From NCBI GenBank assembly GCA_020025955.1, contig JAHHRF010000011.1, positions 13,093 through 43,092 of the forward strand: DNA of 30,000 nt, read 5' to 3'. Origin of the DNA: Sutterella sp. (GTDB taxonomy: Bacteria; Pseudomonadota; Gammaproteobacteria; Burkholderiales; Burkholderiaceae_F). The notes beneath the pieces were generated by a model, which made no database searches, was not told the origin of the DNA, and saw only the letters and a program-made list of their open reading frames with translations. A program made the position numbers and the translations under genes. Shown one piece after another: positions 9,901 to 17,517 of this stretch. Position 1 is the first letter of the stretch. The number at the start of each line of letters is the position of its first letter.

Positions 9901-10711
9901 GGAAGCGCGTCCCTTGGCGGTAATCCCGGTGTTCCCTGGCACGAACTGCGAAGTCGATACGGCTCGGGCGCTCTCAATGGCGGGGGCTGAACCCTGTCCC
10001 GTACTCGTTCAGAACCTGACGCCTGAGGCGTTAACCGAGTCGGTGGCACGCATGGAAGACGCGCTCTCGCGCGCTCATATGTTGGTCTTCCCCGGGGGCT
10101 TTAGTTTTGGGGATGAACCTGATGGAAGTGGCAAATACATTGCCGCCTTCTTTAGGCATGAGGCGTTAAAGCGCCGTGTAGAGGGGCTCCTAACGGAACG
10201 CGACGGGTTGATTCTCGGGATCTGTAATGGCTTCCAAGCCTTGGTGAAGTTGGGGCTGCTCCCCTATGGGGAAATTGGGCAAGTGACGCCCACGTCGCCT
10301 ACCTTGACCTTTAATACGATTGGTCGCCATCAGAGCCGTTATGTGAAGACGCGGATTTGTTCGGTGAACTCTCCGTGGCTTACGGGCGTAGAAGTCGGCG
10401 ACGTGCACACCATTGTGGTCTCCCACGGGGAAGGGCGCTTTGTGGCGCCGCCCGATGTGCTCTCGCGCCTCATTGCTAACGGGCAAGTGGCCACCCAGTA
10501 CGTCAATGGCTGTGGGATCCCCAGCATGGACCCGAGCGTCAATCCCAATGGCTCGAGTTTAGCGATTGAGGGGTTACTGTCTGCCGATGGGCGCATCTTC
10601 GGGAAGATGGGGCACTCCGAGCGTGTCGGCCCCTTTGTTGCGAAGAATATCCCTGGCGCCAAGTATCAATCCCTCTTTGAAAGTGGGGTGCGGTACTTTA
10701 CGGGGAAATAA
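6986..10711 (+). CDS. purL: Phosphoribosylformylglycinamidine synthase, single-chain large form (~1241 aa)
   Basis: The N-terminus VKRYFVERRPGFDEEAKGL...RLLNRYDI resembles the clostridial/actinobacterial large PurL type. SDHCRHTTF motif. The C-terminal glutaminase domain has GICNGFQAL (Cys nucleophile) and SHGEGRF. ATG 6986 follows AGGAGAGG. The alternative start is ATG 6968. Confidence 0.92.
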   Translation: MSMLVKRYFVERRPGFDEEAKGLLKTLQETLGLKGVTGVRLLNRYDIRAEAPLFEKAGLATLLAEPPSDVLLTEWAPDAGWMALAFESLPGQYDQRADSCAQCLALLDAGDAQVRCARVVALEGALSDDERERLENYLVNPVDARLVEPLGDADFLDVSPEVDAVSVVDLIHANPSDLKTLAQSLGLAMGLDDLLVLQAYFKGEGRNPTETEVRVLDTYWSDHCRHTTFNTTIASLAFEDERVKAAHSVYRDLRRERYGEGCTRPETLMDIATLGAKVLKARGVVKNVDESEEINACSVKVKIETDKGPEDWLYLFKNETHNHPTEIEPFGGAATCLGGAIRDPLSGRAYVYQGLRLTGAADPTVPLSATRRGKRAQRQLCQLAAKGFSAYGNQIGLATGLVDELYHPGYEAKRMEVGAVIGAVPLKNVRREVPRPGDWVILIGGRTGRDGCGGATGSSKTHTETSIETAGAEVQKGNAVEERKIQRLFRRPEVARAIRRCNDFGAGGVSVSIGELADGIRINLDAVPKKYVGLNGTELAVSESQERMSCVIDPQDWPLIEAAARDENVEATKVAVITEEKRLVMTWRGDTIVDLDRAFLDSAGAKKTTTVVVPAPKAVPAKPVPETLKALMEGVVGDLNVCAKTGLIENFDASIGSGTVLHPLGGERQETPAQVMASLFPVLEGTTTTASLFTYGFNPYVSDADPYRGAYEAVLESLTKLMAAGFTEDEWYLSLQEYFPSLKNDPRRWGRPVAALLGALRAQMDFEAPAIGGKDSMSGSFENLDVPASLISFATGVMGADRVRSSELKGPKHTLYRVTIPRIDDLHVDVAGFKAVRQALSNAVKAGHVLSSWALSRGGLAEGLFKMGIGNDIGVALAPTVTLADLVAPAIGTILVESDAPLSAPFEAIGETTIAPELRLGDEVVTWSSLRPVYEAPLRDVYPTRPAVESGEQTLEAIVAPKRPPLAAPHILEARPLAVIPVFPGTNCEVDTARALSMAGAEPCPVLVQNLTPEALTESVARMEDALSRAHMLVFPGGFSFGDEPDGSGKYIAAFFRHEALKRRVEGLLTERDGLILGICNGFQALVKLGLLPYGEIGQVTPTSPTLTFNTIGRHQSRYVKTRICSVNSPWLTGVEVGDVHTIVVSHGEGRFVAPPDVLSRLIANGQVATQYVNGCGIPSMDPSVNPNGSSLAIEGLLSADGRIFGKMGHSERVGPFVAKNIPGAKYQSLFESGVRYFTGK

Positions 10712-10740
10712 TTTCCCTTGTGTCGTTTGAGGGGCACACC

Positions 10741-10780
10741 CTGACCCCCTAGGTTTCGAATCTAGGGGGTCAGGTTTATT
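10741..10780 (+). terminator. Hairpin terminator downstream of purL
   Basis: A perfect 12-bp stem, CTGACCCCCTAG (10741-10752) with CTAGGGGGTCAG (10762-10773), and a 9-nt loop, followed by GTTTATT. A second short dyad, GAGGAGA..TCTCCTC, lies at 10782-10797. Confidence 0.6.
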
Positions 10781-10926
10781 GGAGGAGATTTCTCCTCAAT
10801 TTTCATGTGAGTAGAAAGGTTGTGTGAAGAGGGTGACGGTTTTGAAGCGTCAACAACTCAGGGAAATTCACCCTATCGTCGCTAGGGAATAGTCGGGGGC
10901 ATTGGGCTAGAATTTTTACATTCGTT

Positions 10927-12324
10927 GTGTCCACTTTAGTGACGAATCGTCGCCTTTTATCGTTTTACGTTATGTCCTCCCCCTTTACGCGCGCTGACAT
11001 CTTGAGGGTGTCCCTTCCTTTATTGGCTAGTTATTTGCTTGAGCAAATTATTGGCATGACGGACGCGGCCTTTCTGGGGCGTGTGGGGGAGGTGGAATTG
11101 GGAGCGTCGGCTATTGGGGGGATCGCGTTTCTTGCGTTCCTTACCTTGGTCTTGGGCTACGGCTATGCAGCGCAAGCCTCGATGGGACACGCCATTGGGG
11201 AACGACGACTGGGCGATGTGGGCGCTGTCTTTGGCAGTGCAACGCTTCTCATGCAGAGTTTAGGCTTTGCGATTTTGCTCGTTATCGTCTTCTTTTGTGA
11301 CGATATTTTCGCCTTGCTTTGTGAAGATCCCGCTGTGGCTCACGCCGCAACGGACTACGTGGTGTGGCGATCTCTAGGGTTGCCCGTTGCCTTTGCGGTG
11401 GGGCTACTACGTGCCTTTTATGTGGCCACCTTTAATACCCGCATGATTACCTTGAGCGCCATTGCGATGGCTCTATCCAATGGGCTCTTTAATTACGCCC
11501 TCATTTTCGGTGTGGGACCGATCCCGGCGATGGGGATTAAAGGGGCGGCGCTAGCCTCCGCTTTGAGTGAAGGTGTAGCGTTTCTAGTCCTCTTTGGGTT
11601 TTTGTTTCGCGCACAGCAACACAAAACCTATGAACTCTTTTCGCACTTTACGTTTGCCCCCAAACTCATTCGTAAACTCGTCAACATGGGCATTTGGGTG
11701 AGCCTTCGAGATGTGGCTGCTTTCGGGACCTGGATGCTCTTTTTCGTCGCAGTGGAACATATCTCCCCCTTGGCGCTTGCCTCATCCAACGTGGTGCGTC
11801 AATTCTCCAGCCTCTTTTTGATGTTCTTGCACGCCTTTGGGGCGGCGACGGGATCGTTAGGGGCGAATTTAATCGGTCAAGGGAAACCAGAAGCAGTGAA
11901 AGCCGTAAGCTTGGAAGGCTTAAAGCTCACGATTGCGTTTGCGTTACCCGTAGCCGTGGTGCTCTTGGTGGCAAACGTCGACAGTTTGCGCATCTTTACC
12001 GACTTGCCTGATGTTTTGAATCACTCGATGGGACCGTTGCTCGTCATGGTCGCGGGTTACCTCTTTGGGGTGCCGGGGATGTTTTACATCTATGTCTTCT
12101 CGGGGATCGGCGCCAATCGAGCGTCGGGGATCGTGATTTGGGTCGCCAGCTTCTTATACGTGGTTTACACGCAGGGGATTGCTTGGTTGACGATGAGTAC
12201 CACCTGGGTGTGGACGGCAGATGCGTTTTTCTACGGGCTGGTGTGTGCTGGGGTGCTCTACTTTATGCGCCACGATGCCTGGCTCAATGAAGCCATGAGT
12301 CGCCGCAATACCGCGAACCAATAA
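10927..12324 (+). CDS. MATE-family multidrug/toxin efflux transporter
   Basis: A 465-aa polytopic membrane protein. The N-terminal LPLLASYLLEQIIGMTDAAFLGRVG is typical of MATE TM1, with about 12 hydrophobic segments. The start is uncertain (GTG 10927 or ATG 10972), and neither has a clear SD. Confidence 0.78.
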   Translation: MSTLVTNRRLLSFYVMSSPFTRADILRVSLPLLASYLLEQIIGMTDAAFLGRVGEVELGASAIGGIAFLAFLTLVLGYGYAAQASMGHAIGERRLGDVGAVFGSATLLMQSLGFAILLVIVFFCDDIFALLCEDPAVAHAATDYVVWRSLGLPVAFAVGLLRAFYVATFNTRMITLSAIAMALSNGLFNYALIFGVGPIPAMGIKGAALASALSEGVAFLVLFGFLFRAQQHKTYELFSHFTFAPKLIRKLVNMGIWVSLRDVAAFGTWMLFFVAVEHISPLALASSNVVRQFSSLFLMFLHAFGAATGSLGANLIGQGKPEAVKAVSLEGLKLTIAFALPVAVVLLVANVDSLRIFTDLPDVLNHSMGPLLVMVAGYLFGVPGMFYIYVFSGIGANRASGIVIWVASFLYVVYTQGIAWLTMSTTWVWTADAFFYGLVCAGVLYFMRHDAWLNEAMSRRNTANQ

Positions 12325-12344
12325 AGCGAACGAATAGGGTGAGC

Positions 12345-12383
12345 AAAAAAAGAACCCGGTGGGAAATCCCATCGGGTTCTTTG
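12345..12383. terminator. Bidirectional terminator between the convergent MATE gene and aspS
   Basis: A 14-bp stem (one G-T pair), AGAACCCGGTGGGA / TCCCATCGGGTTCT (12351-12380). An A-run lies upstream (12345-12350) and TTT downstream. Confidence 0.65.
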
Positions 12384-12415
12384 CGTCAGTGGTGACGTAA
12401 CTTAGCGGTTACGGA

Positions 12416-14227
12416 TTACTGACCGGCGATGTTGAGCTCTTTCTTCTGCTCGTTACGCAAACGGATGTGAAGTTCACGCAACTGCTTTTCATCAACCGTG
12501 GACGGAGCCTGCGTGAGCAAGCACTGAGCGCGCTGCGTCTTCGGGAAGGCAATCACGTCACGGATGGAGTCAGCACCGCACATCATCGTCACGATACGGT
12601 CAAGACCGAAGGCCAAACCGCCGTGGGGAGGCGCACCGAATTCGAGCGCCTTCAAGAGGAAGCCAAACTTAGCTTCGGCTTCGTCCGGCGTAATCTTCAA
12701 TGCGTCGAAGACCTTCTTCTGGACTTCTTCACGGTGGATACGGACGGAACCGCCACCGATTTCCCAACCGTTAAGGACCATGTCATAGGCCTTGGCGTAA
12801 GCCTTGCCCGGATCCGTCGCCAAGAGGTCTTCGTGACCATCCAAGGGGCTGGTGAACGGGTGGTGGCAAGCAACCCAACGGTCTTCTTCTTCGTCGTATT
12901 CGAACATCGGGAATTCGACGACCCAGAGGGGCTTCCAGCCCGGGGTGAAGAGGCCCGTCTTCTTACCGAATTCGGAGTGACCGATCTTCAAGCGCAAAGC
13001 ACCGAGGCTGTCGTAAACCACCTTGGACTTGTCAGCGCCGAAGAAGATCACGTCGCCATCCTGAGCGCCCGTACGAGCGATGATGCCGTTTAATTCGTCG
13101 TCGCTCATGTTCTTGATGATCGGGCTCTGCAAGCCGTCACGACCCTTGGCGAGTTCGTTGACCTTGATGTAGGCGAGACCCTTAGCACCGTAGATCTTGA
13201 CGAATTCCGTGTAGCCGTCGATTTCGGAGCGGCTCATGGAGGCAGCGCCCGGTACGCGTAAGGCCACAACCATCCCGCTGGGGAGGGAGGTCACGCTGGA
13301 GAAGACCTTGAAGTTGGAGTTCGCGACCAAGTCAGAGACGTTCACGAGCTTCAAGTTCACACGAAGGTCAGGCTTGTCGGAGCCGTAGTTGGCCATCGCG
13401 TCGTCGTACTTCATGATCGGGAAGGCTTCCGGGAGTTCCACATCGATCGCGTCCTTGAAGACGTGACGGATCAAGTTTTCCATGATCCCGCGGATTTCTT
13501 CTTCCTTCAAGAAGGACGTTTCAATATCGACCTGGGTGAATTCAGGCTGACGGTCAGCACGCAAGTCTTCGTCACGGAAGCACTTCACGATCTGGTAGTA
13601 GCGGTCAAAGCCAGCCACCATCAACATCTGCTTGAAGAGCTGCGGGGACTGCGGGAGCGCATAGAAGCAACCGTCCTGAACGCGGGAGGGCACGAGGTAG
13701 TCACGGGCACCTTCCGGGGTGGAACGGGTCAACATCGGGGTTTCGATGTCGATAAAGCCTTCCTGGTCGAGGTAGCGACGGAACGCCATGGCAGCGCGAT
13801 AACGCGTGCGCATGTTCTTTTGCATCGTCGGACGACGAAGGTCGAGAATACGGTAGCTCAAACGCGTCGTTTCCGAGATGTTGTCATCGTCCAATTGGAA
13901 CGGAGGCGTCGCGGAGGCGTTCAAGATTTCCAATTCGTGGCAGAGCACTTCCACGCCACCGGAGACCAAGTCATTGTTCTTGGTGCCTTCGGGGCGAGCA
14001 CGCACTAAACCGACCACCTTAAGGCAGAATTCGTTACGGCACTTGTCAGCCGTATCAAACACGTCGGGACGGTCCGGGTCGCAAACAACCTGAACGAGGC
14101 CTTCGCGGTCGCGAAGGTCAATAAAAATAACACCACCGTGGTCACGACGACGGTGAGCCCAGCCGAAAAGGGTCACGGTTTGACCGATTAATTTTTCGTC
14201 AACCAAACCAGAGTAAACGGTTCGCAT
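12416..14227 (-). CDS. aspS: Aspartyl-tRNA synthetase (long bacterial type, 603 aa)
   Basis: [45 protein letters not shown], class II motifs [16 protein letters not shown] and [12 protein letters not shown]. From memory it closely resembles Burkholderiales AspS. A GGAG RBS precedes the ATG. Confidence 0.97.
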   Translation of the reverse strand: MRTVYSGLVDEKLIGQTVTLFGWAHRRRDHGGVIFIDLRDREGLVQVVCDPDRPDVFDTADKCRNEFCLKVVGLVRARPEGTKNNDLVSGGVEVLCHELEILNASATPPFQLDDDNISETTRLSYRILDLRRPTMQKNMRTRYRAAMAFRRYLDQEGFIDIETPMLTRSTPEGARDYLVPSRVQDGCFYALPQSPQLFKQMLMVAGFDRYYQIVKCFRDEDLRADRQPEFTQVDIETSFLKEEEIRGIMENLIRHVFKDAIDVELPEAFPIMKYDDAMANYGSDKPDLRVNLKLVNVSDLVANSNFKVFSSVTSLPSGMVVALRVPGAASMSRSEIDGYTEFVKIYGAKGLAYIKVNELAKGRDGLQSPIIKNMSDDELNGIIARTGAQDGDVIFFGADKSKVVYDSLGALRLKIGHSEFGKKTGLFTPGWKPLWVVEFPMFEYDEEEDRWVACHHPFTSPLDGHEDLLATDPGKAYAKAYDMVLNGWEIGGGSVRIHREEVQKKVFDALKITPDEAEAKFGFLLKALEFGAPPHGGLAFGLDRIVTMMCGADSIRDVIAFPKTQRAQCLLTQAPSTVDEKQLRELHIRLRNEQKKELNIAGQ

Positions 14228-14710
14228 AAATGCTCCGAATTGAAATGTTTGTTGCTCACCAAAACCAGTGATACAACAGGGGAAAAAGAAAAGTTTTCAC
14301 AGTAGCGGAATTGTCCGCCAAGAGATGAATTCTTCAGGGTGTCCAAAGTGTGGACACACGTCACTACTTTAATTTTAGCAAGGGAAACCAGAAAATTCAG
14401 AAAACCCGTTGTTCATTACTCGCTATAGGGAAATTTCTAAGAAAAGAATGGCAATGTCTTTCTGTCGAGCGTTAGCCCTAAATAGCCCTTAAAGCGTGGT
14501 ATCTCAATCAAGAAATGGGTCTTTTTAATGAAAAAAGCCCCTTAATGGAGTGACAAAATTCGTCACTTTTCGAATTTGATAAATTCTACCTAGGTGTGTT
14601 AGCTTAGAAACGCAGCTGTCTCCAGAAATGGGGGCGAATTATAAAACCGCGTATAGAAATCTGATCCCAGAGGAGCGGGAAACGGGTGCGCATTCAACGG
14701 TAACTTTCCT

Positions 14711-15394
14711 ATGTCAACAACTAACACTATGAAAACGGTCGCTCGTGTTTTTGAGCGCGGTGCGGCCTGGGATGAAGCTGAATATGTCGTGATTTGGTAT
14801 CACGGTTTTGGTGCCGATGGTTACGACTGTCAGCCAATTGTCGATGTGTTAGCTGAGTTTGGTTTATCCAATAAGGTTAAGTACCTTTTTGCAGAAGCCC
14901 ATCCCCGTCTTTGCAACATTGAAGAAATGCCTGGCATGTATTTGTCGTGGTATGACTACAAGTCGTGGTTCCCCACCACGAAGGTTGAAAAAACCGTTGA
15001 CGACGCCTTGGTCGATGTGGCCAAGCTCGTTCAGGAAGTGGAAGCGAAGGGGATCCCCGCGAACCGTATCGTTTTAGGTGGTTTCTCTCAAGGCGCCGCA
15101 CTTTCGGTGGATGGTGCGTTAAAGAATCAGTTGGATATCGGTGGGATTGTGGCTTTGAGCTGTGACTTCCCGTTGTCGTGTTTGGATCAGGAAAGTCCCA
15201 AGAAGTACAAAATCTTCTTTGGTCATGGTCAGGCGGACATGATGGTTTCTTACAAAGATAAGGATGCCGCAGCCAAGGTGCTTCGTGAAGCCGGTCACGA
15301 TGTGGTGGACTTCACCTATCCGCGACTCCAGCACAGCATGTCGCGCAACGAATTGCGTGATGTCTACAATTTCTTGCGTACGGTCATTAAGTAA
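14711..15394 (+). CDS. Alpha/beta serine hydrolase of the phospholipase/carboxylesterase (APT1/EstB-like) family
   Basis: 227 aa. It has a GFSQGAA nucleophile elbow, with downstream GHGQADMMV (Asp) and LQHSMS (His) completing a plausible triad. YHGFGADG is near the N-terminus. Confidence 0.8.
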   Translation: MSTTNTMKTVARVFERGAAWDEAEYVVIWYHGFGADGYDCQPIVDVLAEFGLSNKVKYLFAEAHPRLCNIEEMPGMYLSWYDYKSWFPTTKVEKTVDDALVDVAKLVQEVEAKGIPANRIVLGGFSQGAALSVDGALKNQLDIGGIVALSCDFPLSCLDQESPKKYKIFFGHGQADMMVSYKDKDAAAKVLREAGHDVVDFTYPRLQHSMSRNELRDVYNFLRTVIK

Positions 15395-15404
15395 CGCACC
15401 AACG

Positions 15405-15437
15405 AAAAAGGGTTGACGATGAGGTCAACCCTTTTTT
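15405..15437. terminator. Bidirectional Rho-independent terminator between the hydrolase and the convergent regulator gene
   Basis: AAAAAGGGTTGAC (15405-15417), loop GATGAG, then GTCAACCCTTTTTT (15424-15437). The GC core is flanked by an A-tract and a T-tract. Confidence 0.75.
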
Positions 15438-15453
15438 GGTATTGGCGTGCCCG

Positions 15454-16347
15454 TTAGGCGATGCTCGACTCTGGCATGATGTCTTCGAGCGTGAGGTTAT
15501 TGCGGTACGTCGAACGGAATTCGTCAAAGACGCATAACCAATTCATCATGTCCACGACGAGGTTGCTCTGGAAGTACATGTAGGGCGCTTCGGTATAGAG
15601 GATCCCTTCTTTTTTCCAGGTGGTGATGGTCTTGTCGACCGACGCGCGCGACGAACTAATTAAGCGCGAAAACTCTTCACGCAGGAGCGGCAACGGAATG
15701 CGAACCCACTGCGTTTCGTTGGAGTCCGTAATCAAGACCCCCCAGTAGACGGCCCAGCTCAATAAATAGAGCTTGATACGCTCCGTGACCCCGAGGCTTG
15801 AAATCGCTTCTAAGGTGATGGAGTTCGATAAGTAGCACAGCTCGAAATATTGTTGGAGCGTTTGCTGCAGAGCGTCGTCGTTATCCAAAATCTGCTTTAA
15901 GACTTCCTTGTTGCAGACCAGGATTTCCGACTTCGTCAAGGCATAACGCGTCGAGCGGAACGGGTGGCAGAAATAGAAGTCCAACCCACCCCCGAGAATG
16001 CGCCCAGCTGGCGTAATCGACAAGGAGTGTAACTTCGAGCCCGCCCCACTCGTGGGCGTCGCTGTTTGACCAATGATCCCGCGACGAACGTAAATCAAAT
16101 GGTCATAGTGCGCGTACTTTTCCGCCGGGATTTCGCCCCCAGGGCTCTCTAAGGCTGAGGTTAAAAGTTCTCCCGGTTCCAAGTGAATCGTGGTACCAAT
16201 GTTTTTTAAGGTGCGCGCCAAGCAAAACGGCGTGGACGGTGAAATCCACGGCATGACGGGCTCGGAAGGGCCACATAAATTCCACTTGCTGTAACGGTAT
16301 TCACTGAGCACCTTGTCCCACGTGTCAGTGAGTTTTTTCATGGACAT
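15454..16347 (-). CDS. Crp/Fnr-family transcriptional regulator, atypically long (297 aa from the ATG; 307 aa from an upstream TTG at 16377)
   Basis: The central beta-barrel-like region is IHLEPGELL...LIYVRRGIIGQ. The dimerisation helix and C-terminal HTH read GVTERIKLYLLSW...LREEFSRLISSSRASVDKTITTWKKEGILY, which matches the Crp pattern (.TR.E.A..LG.SRETVSR.L..L...G.I). There is no FNR-type N-terminal Cys cluster. Confidence 0.7.
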   Translation of the reverse strand: MSMKKLTDTWDKVLSEYRYSKWNLCGPSEPVMPWISPSTPFCLARTLKNIGTTIHLEPGELLTSALESPGGEIPAEKYAHYDHLIYVRRGIIGQTATPTSGAGSKLHSLSITPAGRILGGGLDFYFCHPFRSTRYALTKSEILVCNKEVLKQILDNDDALQQTLQQYFELCYLSNSITLEAISSLGVTERIKLYLLSWAVYWGVLITDSNETQWVRIPLPLLREEFSRLISSSRASVDKTITTWKKEGILYTEAPYMYFQSNLVVDMMNWLCVFDEFRSTYRNNLTLEDIMPESSIA

Positions 16348-16360
16348 ATCAAACCTCAGT

Positions 16361-16409
16361 GGATCCGTGCAATTCAAGTACGCAGCTGGAAGGACGGATC
16401 CGTGTGCAA
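16361..16409. repeat. Direct repeat GGATCCGTG(TG)CAA, two copies, just upstream of the regulator start codon
   Basis: GGATCCGTGCAA at 16361-16372 and GGATCCGTGTGCAA at 16396-16409. The second copy contains the 10-bp perfect palindrome ACGGATCCGT (16394-16403). Confidence 0.5.
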
Positions 16410-16441
16410 AGAGAAATAAAGGAGGGGGGCGAATTCACGAC

Positions 16442-17083
16442 TTAGAGGGTCGTAAAGACGTCCTCCTTGGCAAAGCGCGACTTGGGTCGCGTTGCGTTCT
16501 TGTCGCCTTCGGATCGGTAGCCCAAGGCCACAACGCAGACCGCCTTACGATTGACGGCCTTTAAATCCAATAATTCATCAAGTTTCTTGAAGTCGACTGC
16601 ACCCATCGTAGTCGAATCAATCCCTAATTGCGGTAAAGCAAAGAGCAAGAACCCCGTGGCAATGGCCACCTGTTCACGCGTCCAGATTTCCCCCTTGTCG
16701 TAACCGCCTTGGAGCATCGCTAATTCGTCATGACGGAATTTGTAGAAGGGAGTTAAGTCGGCACCCGGACGATAACGACCGTCGCGGACTTCTTTTTGGA
16801 AAAGCTTTTCTACCCATTCGTCATCGATCTTGGTTTCGATCGTGCAGACCAAGAGGTGCGAGCAATCACGTGCGCGTTCCACATTGAAGTCAATGATCGC
16901 GGGGATGATTTTTTCTTTTGCTTCACCTTCCGCTAAATAGAAGTGCCAGGGTTGCGCGTTAATGGACGACGGGGCATTACGAAGAATTTCTTTAATGTCT
17001 TCGATTGTCTCTGCGGGAATTTTCTTCGTCGGGTCGTAGTGTTTGGCGGTGTATCGCGTTTGCGAAATCTGAACTGGGTTCAT
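16442..17083 (-). CDS. NfsB/NfnB-type oxygen-insensitive NAD(P)H nitroreductase (FMN-dependent)
   Basis: MNPVQISQTRYTAKHYDPTKKIP...APSSINAQPWHF parallels E. coli NfsB (..RHSTKAFD..KKLT...SPSSTNSQPWHF). The C-terminal NATRPKSRF parallels NATLPKSRL. ATG 17083 is preceded by GGAGGAGA. The 43-codon TTG-initiated extension in the ORF track is rejected. Confidence 0.85.
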   Translation of the reverse strand: MNPVQISQTRYTAKHYDPTKKIPAETIEDIKEILRNAPSSINAQPWHFYLAEGEAKEKIIPAIIDFNVERARDCSHLLVCTIETKIDDEWVEKLFQKEVRDGRYRPGADLTPFYKFRHDELAMLQGGYDKGEIWTREQVAIATGFLLFALPQLGIDSTTMGAVDFKKLDELLDLKAVNRKAVCVVALGYRSEGDKNATRPKSRFAKEDVFTTL

Positions 17084-17332
17084 TTTTTCTTCTCCTCCAG
17101 GACGAGAGCTAGGTTGTAGGTCAGGGATAGAAAGTAAATGAGTGTTCCATTTTCGAGAGTGTGGTCGGTGCTCAATGAGCGCTTGGGGCGCTAGGAATCG
17201 GCTTTCTATCAAGGAAGTCGAGGCTCATTATGACACTTTGTTGTGTAAGCGTGAACCCCTACTGTATTTGTAACGTACCCCCTCGTCTGGCTACGTCTTT
17301 ATGATTGTGTCAAAATCGCTGAATCTTACCGA

Positions 17333-17350
17333 ATTTGATTATAGTCAAAT
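17333..17350. promoter_or_regulatory. Candidate Crp/Fnr-family operator (18-bp dyad) in the divergent nitroreductase/caiT intergenic region
   Basis: ATTTGATTATAGTCAAAT has 8 of 9 symmetric pairs. Its core TTGAT-TATA-GTCAA matches the FNR consensus TTGAT-N4-ATCAA at 9 of 10 positions. It lies about 176 nt upstream of the caiT ATG. Confidence 0.35.
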
Positions 17351-17517
17351 CGTAAGTTCAGAAAAATCAAAAACACGTTAATTTTTTTCTGAAAAATCCA
17401 CTAAGTGGCTTGGGGATTGTTCTGCTGTCACATTCATAAGTAGTACTTAAGATAGCAATGTCTGTTACGGGTGTAACAGCTGTTTACATTTCCAACTATC
17501 TTATTTGGGAAAAAATT

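Noticed and set aside
10741-10773. tRNA-like T-arm impression (GGTTTCGAATC) in the hairpin after purL, which could hint at a tRNA fragment or an integration att site.
   Set aside because: The stem is 12 bp, far too long for a T-arm. The loop is TTTCGAA rather than TTCGAAT. No acceptor, D or anticodon arms can be drawn. No integrase or direct repeat is nearby. A terminator explains it better.
15454-16377. The regulator as a bona fide FNR (oxygen sensor).
   Set aside because: The N-terminal region lacks the C-x2-C-x5-C cluster plus the distal Cys that ligate the FNR Fe-S centre. Only the general Crp/Fnr fold is supported.
16442-17083. The nitroreductase as a functional component of the carnitine pathway.
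   Set aside because: The only evidence is the divergent position relative to caiT. NfsB-type enzymes are common stand-alone genes, and no mechanistic link to the Cai or Fix chemistry is evident. It is recorded as context only.
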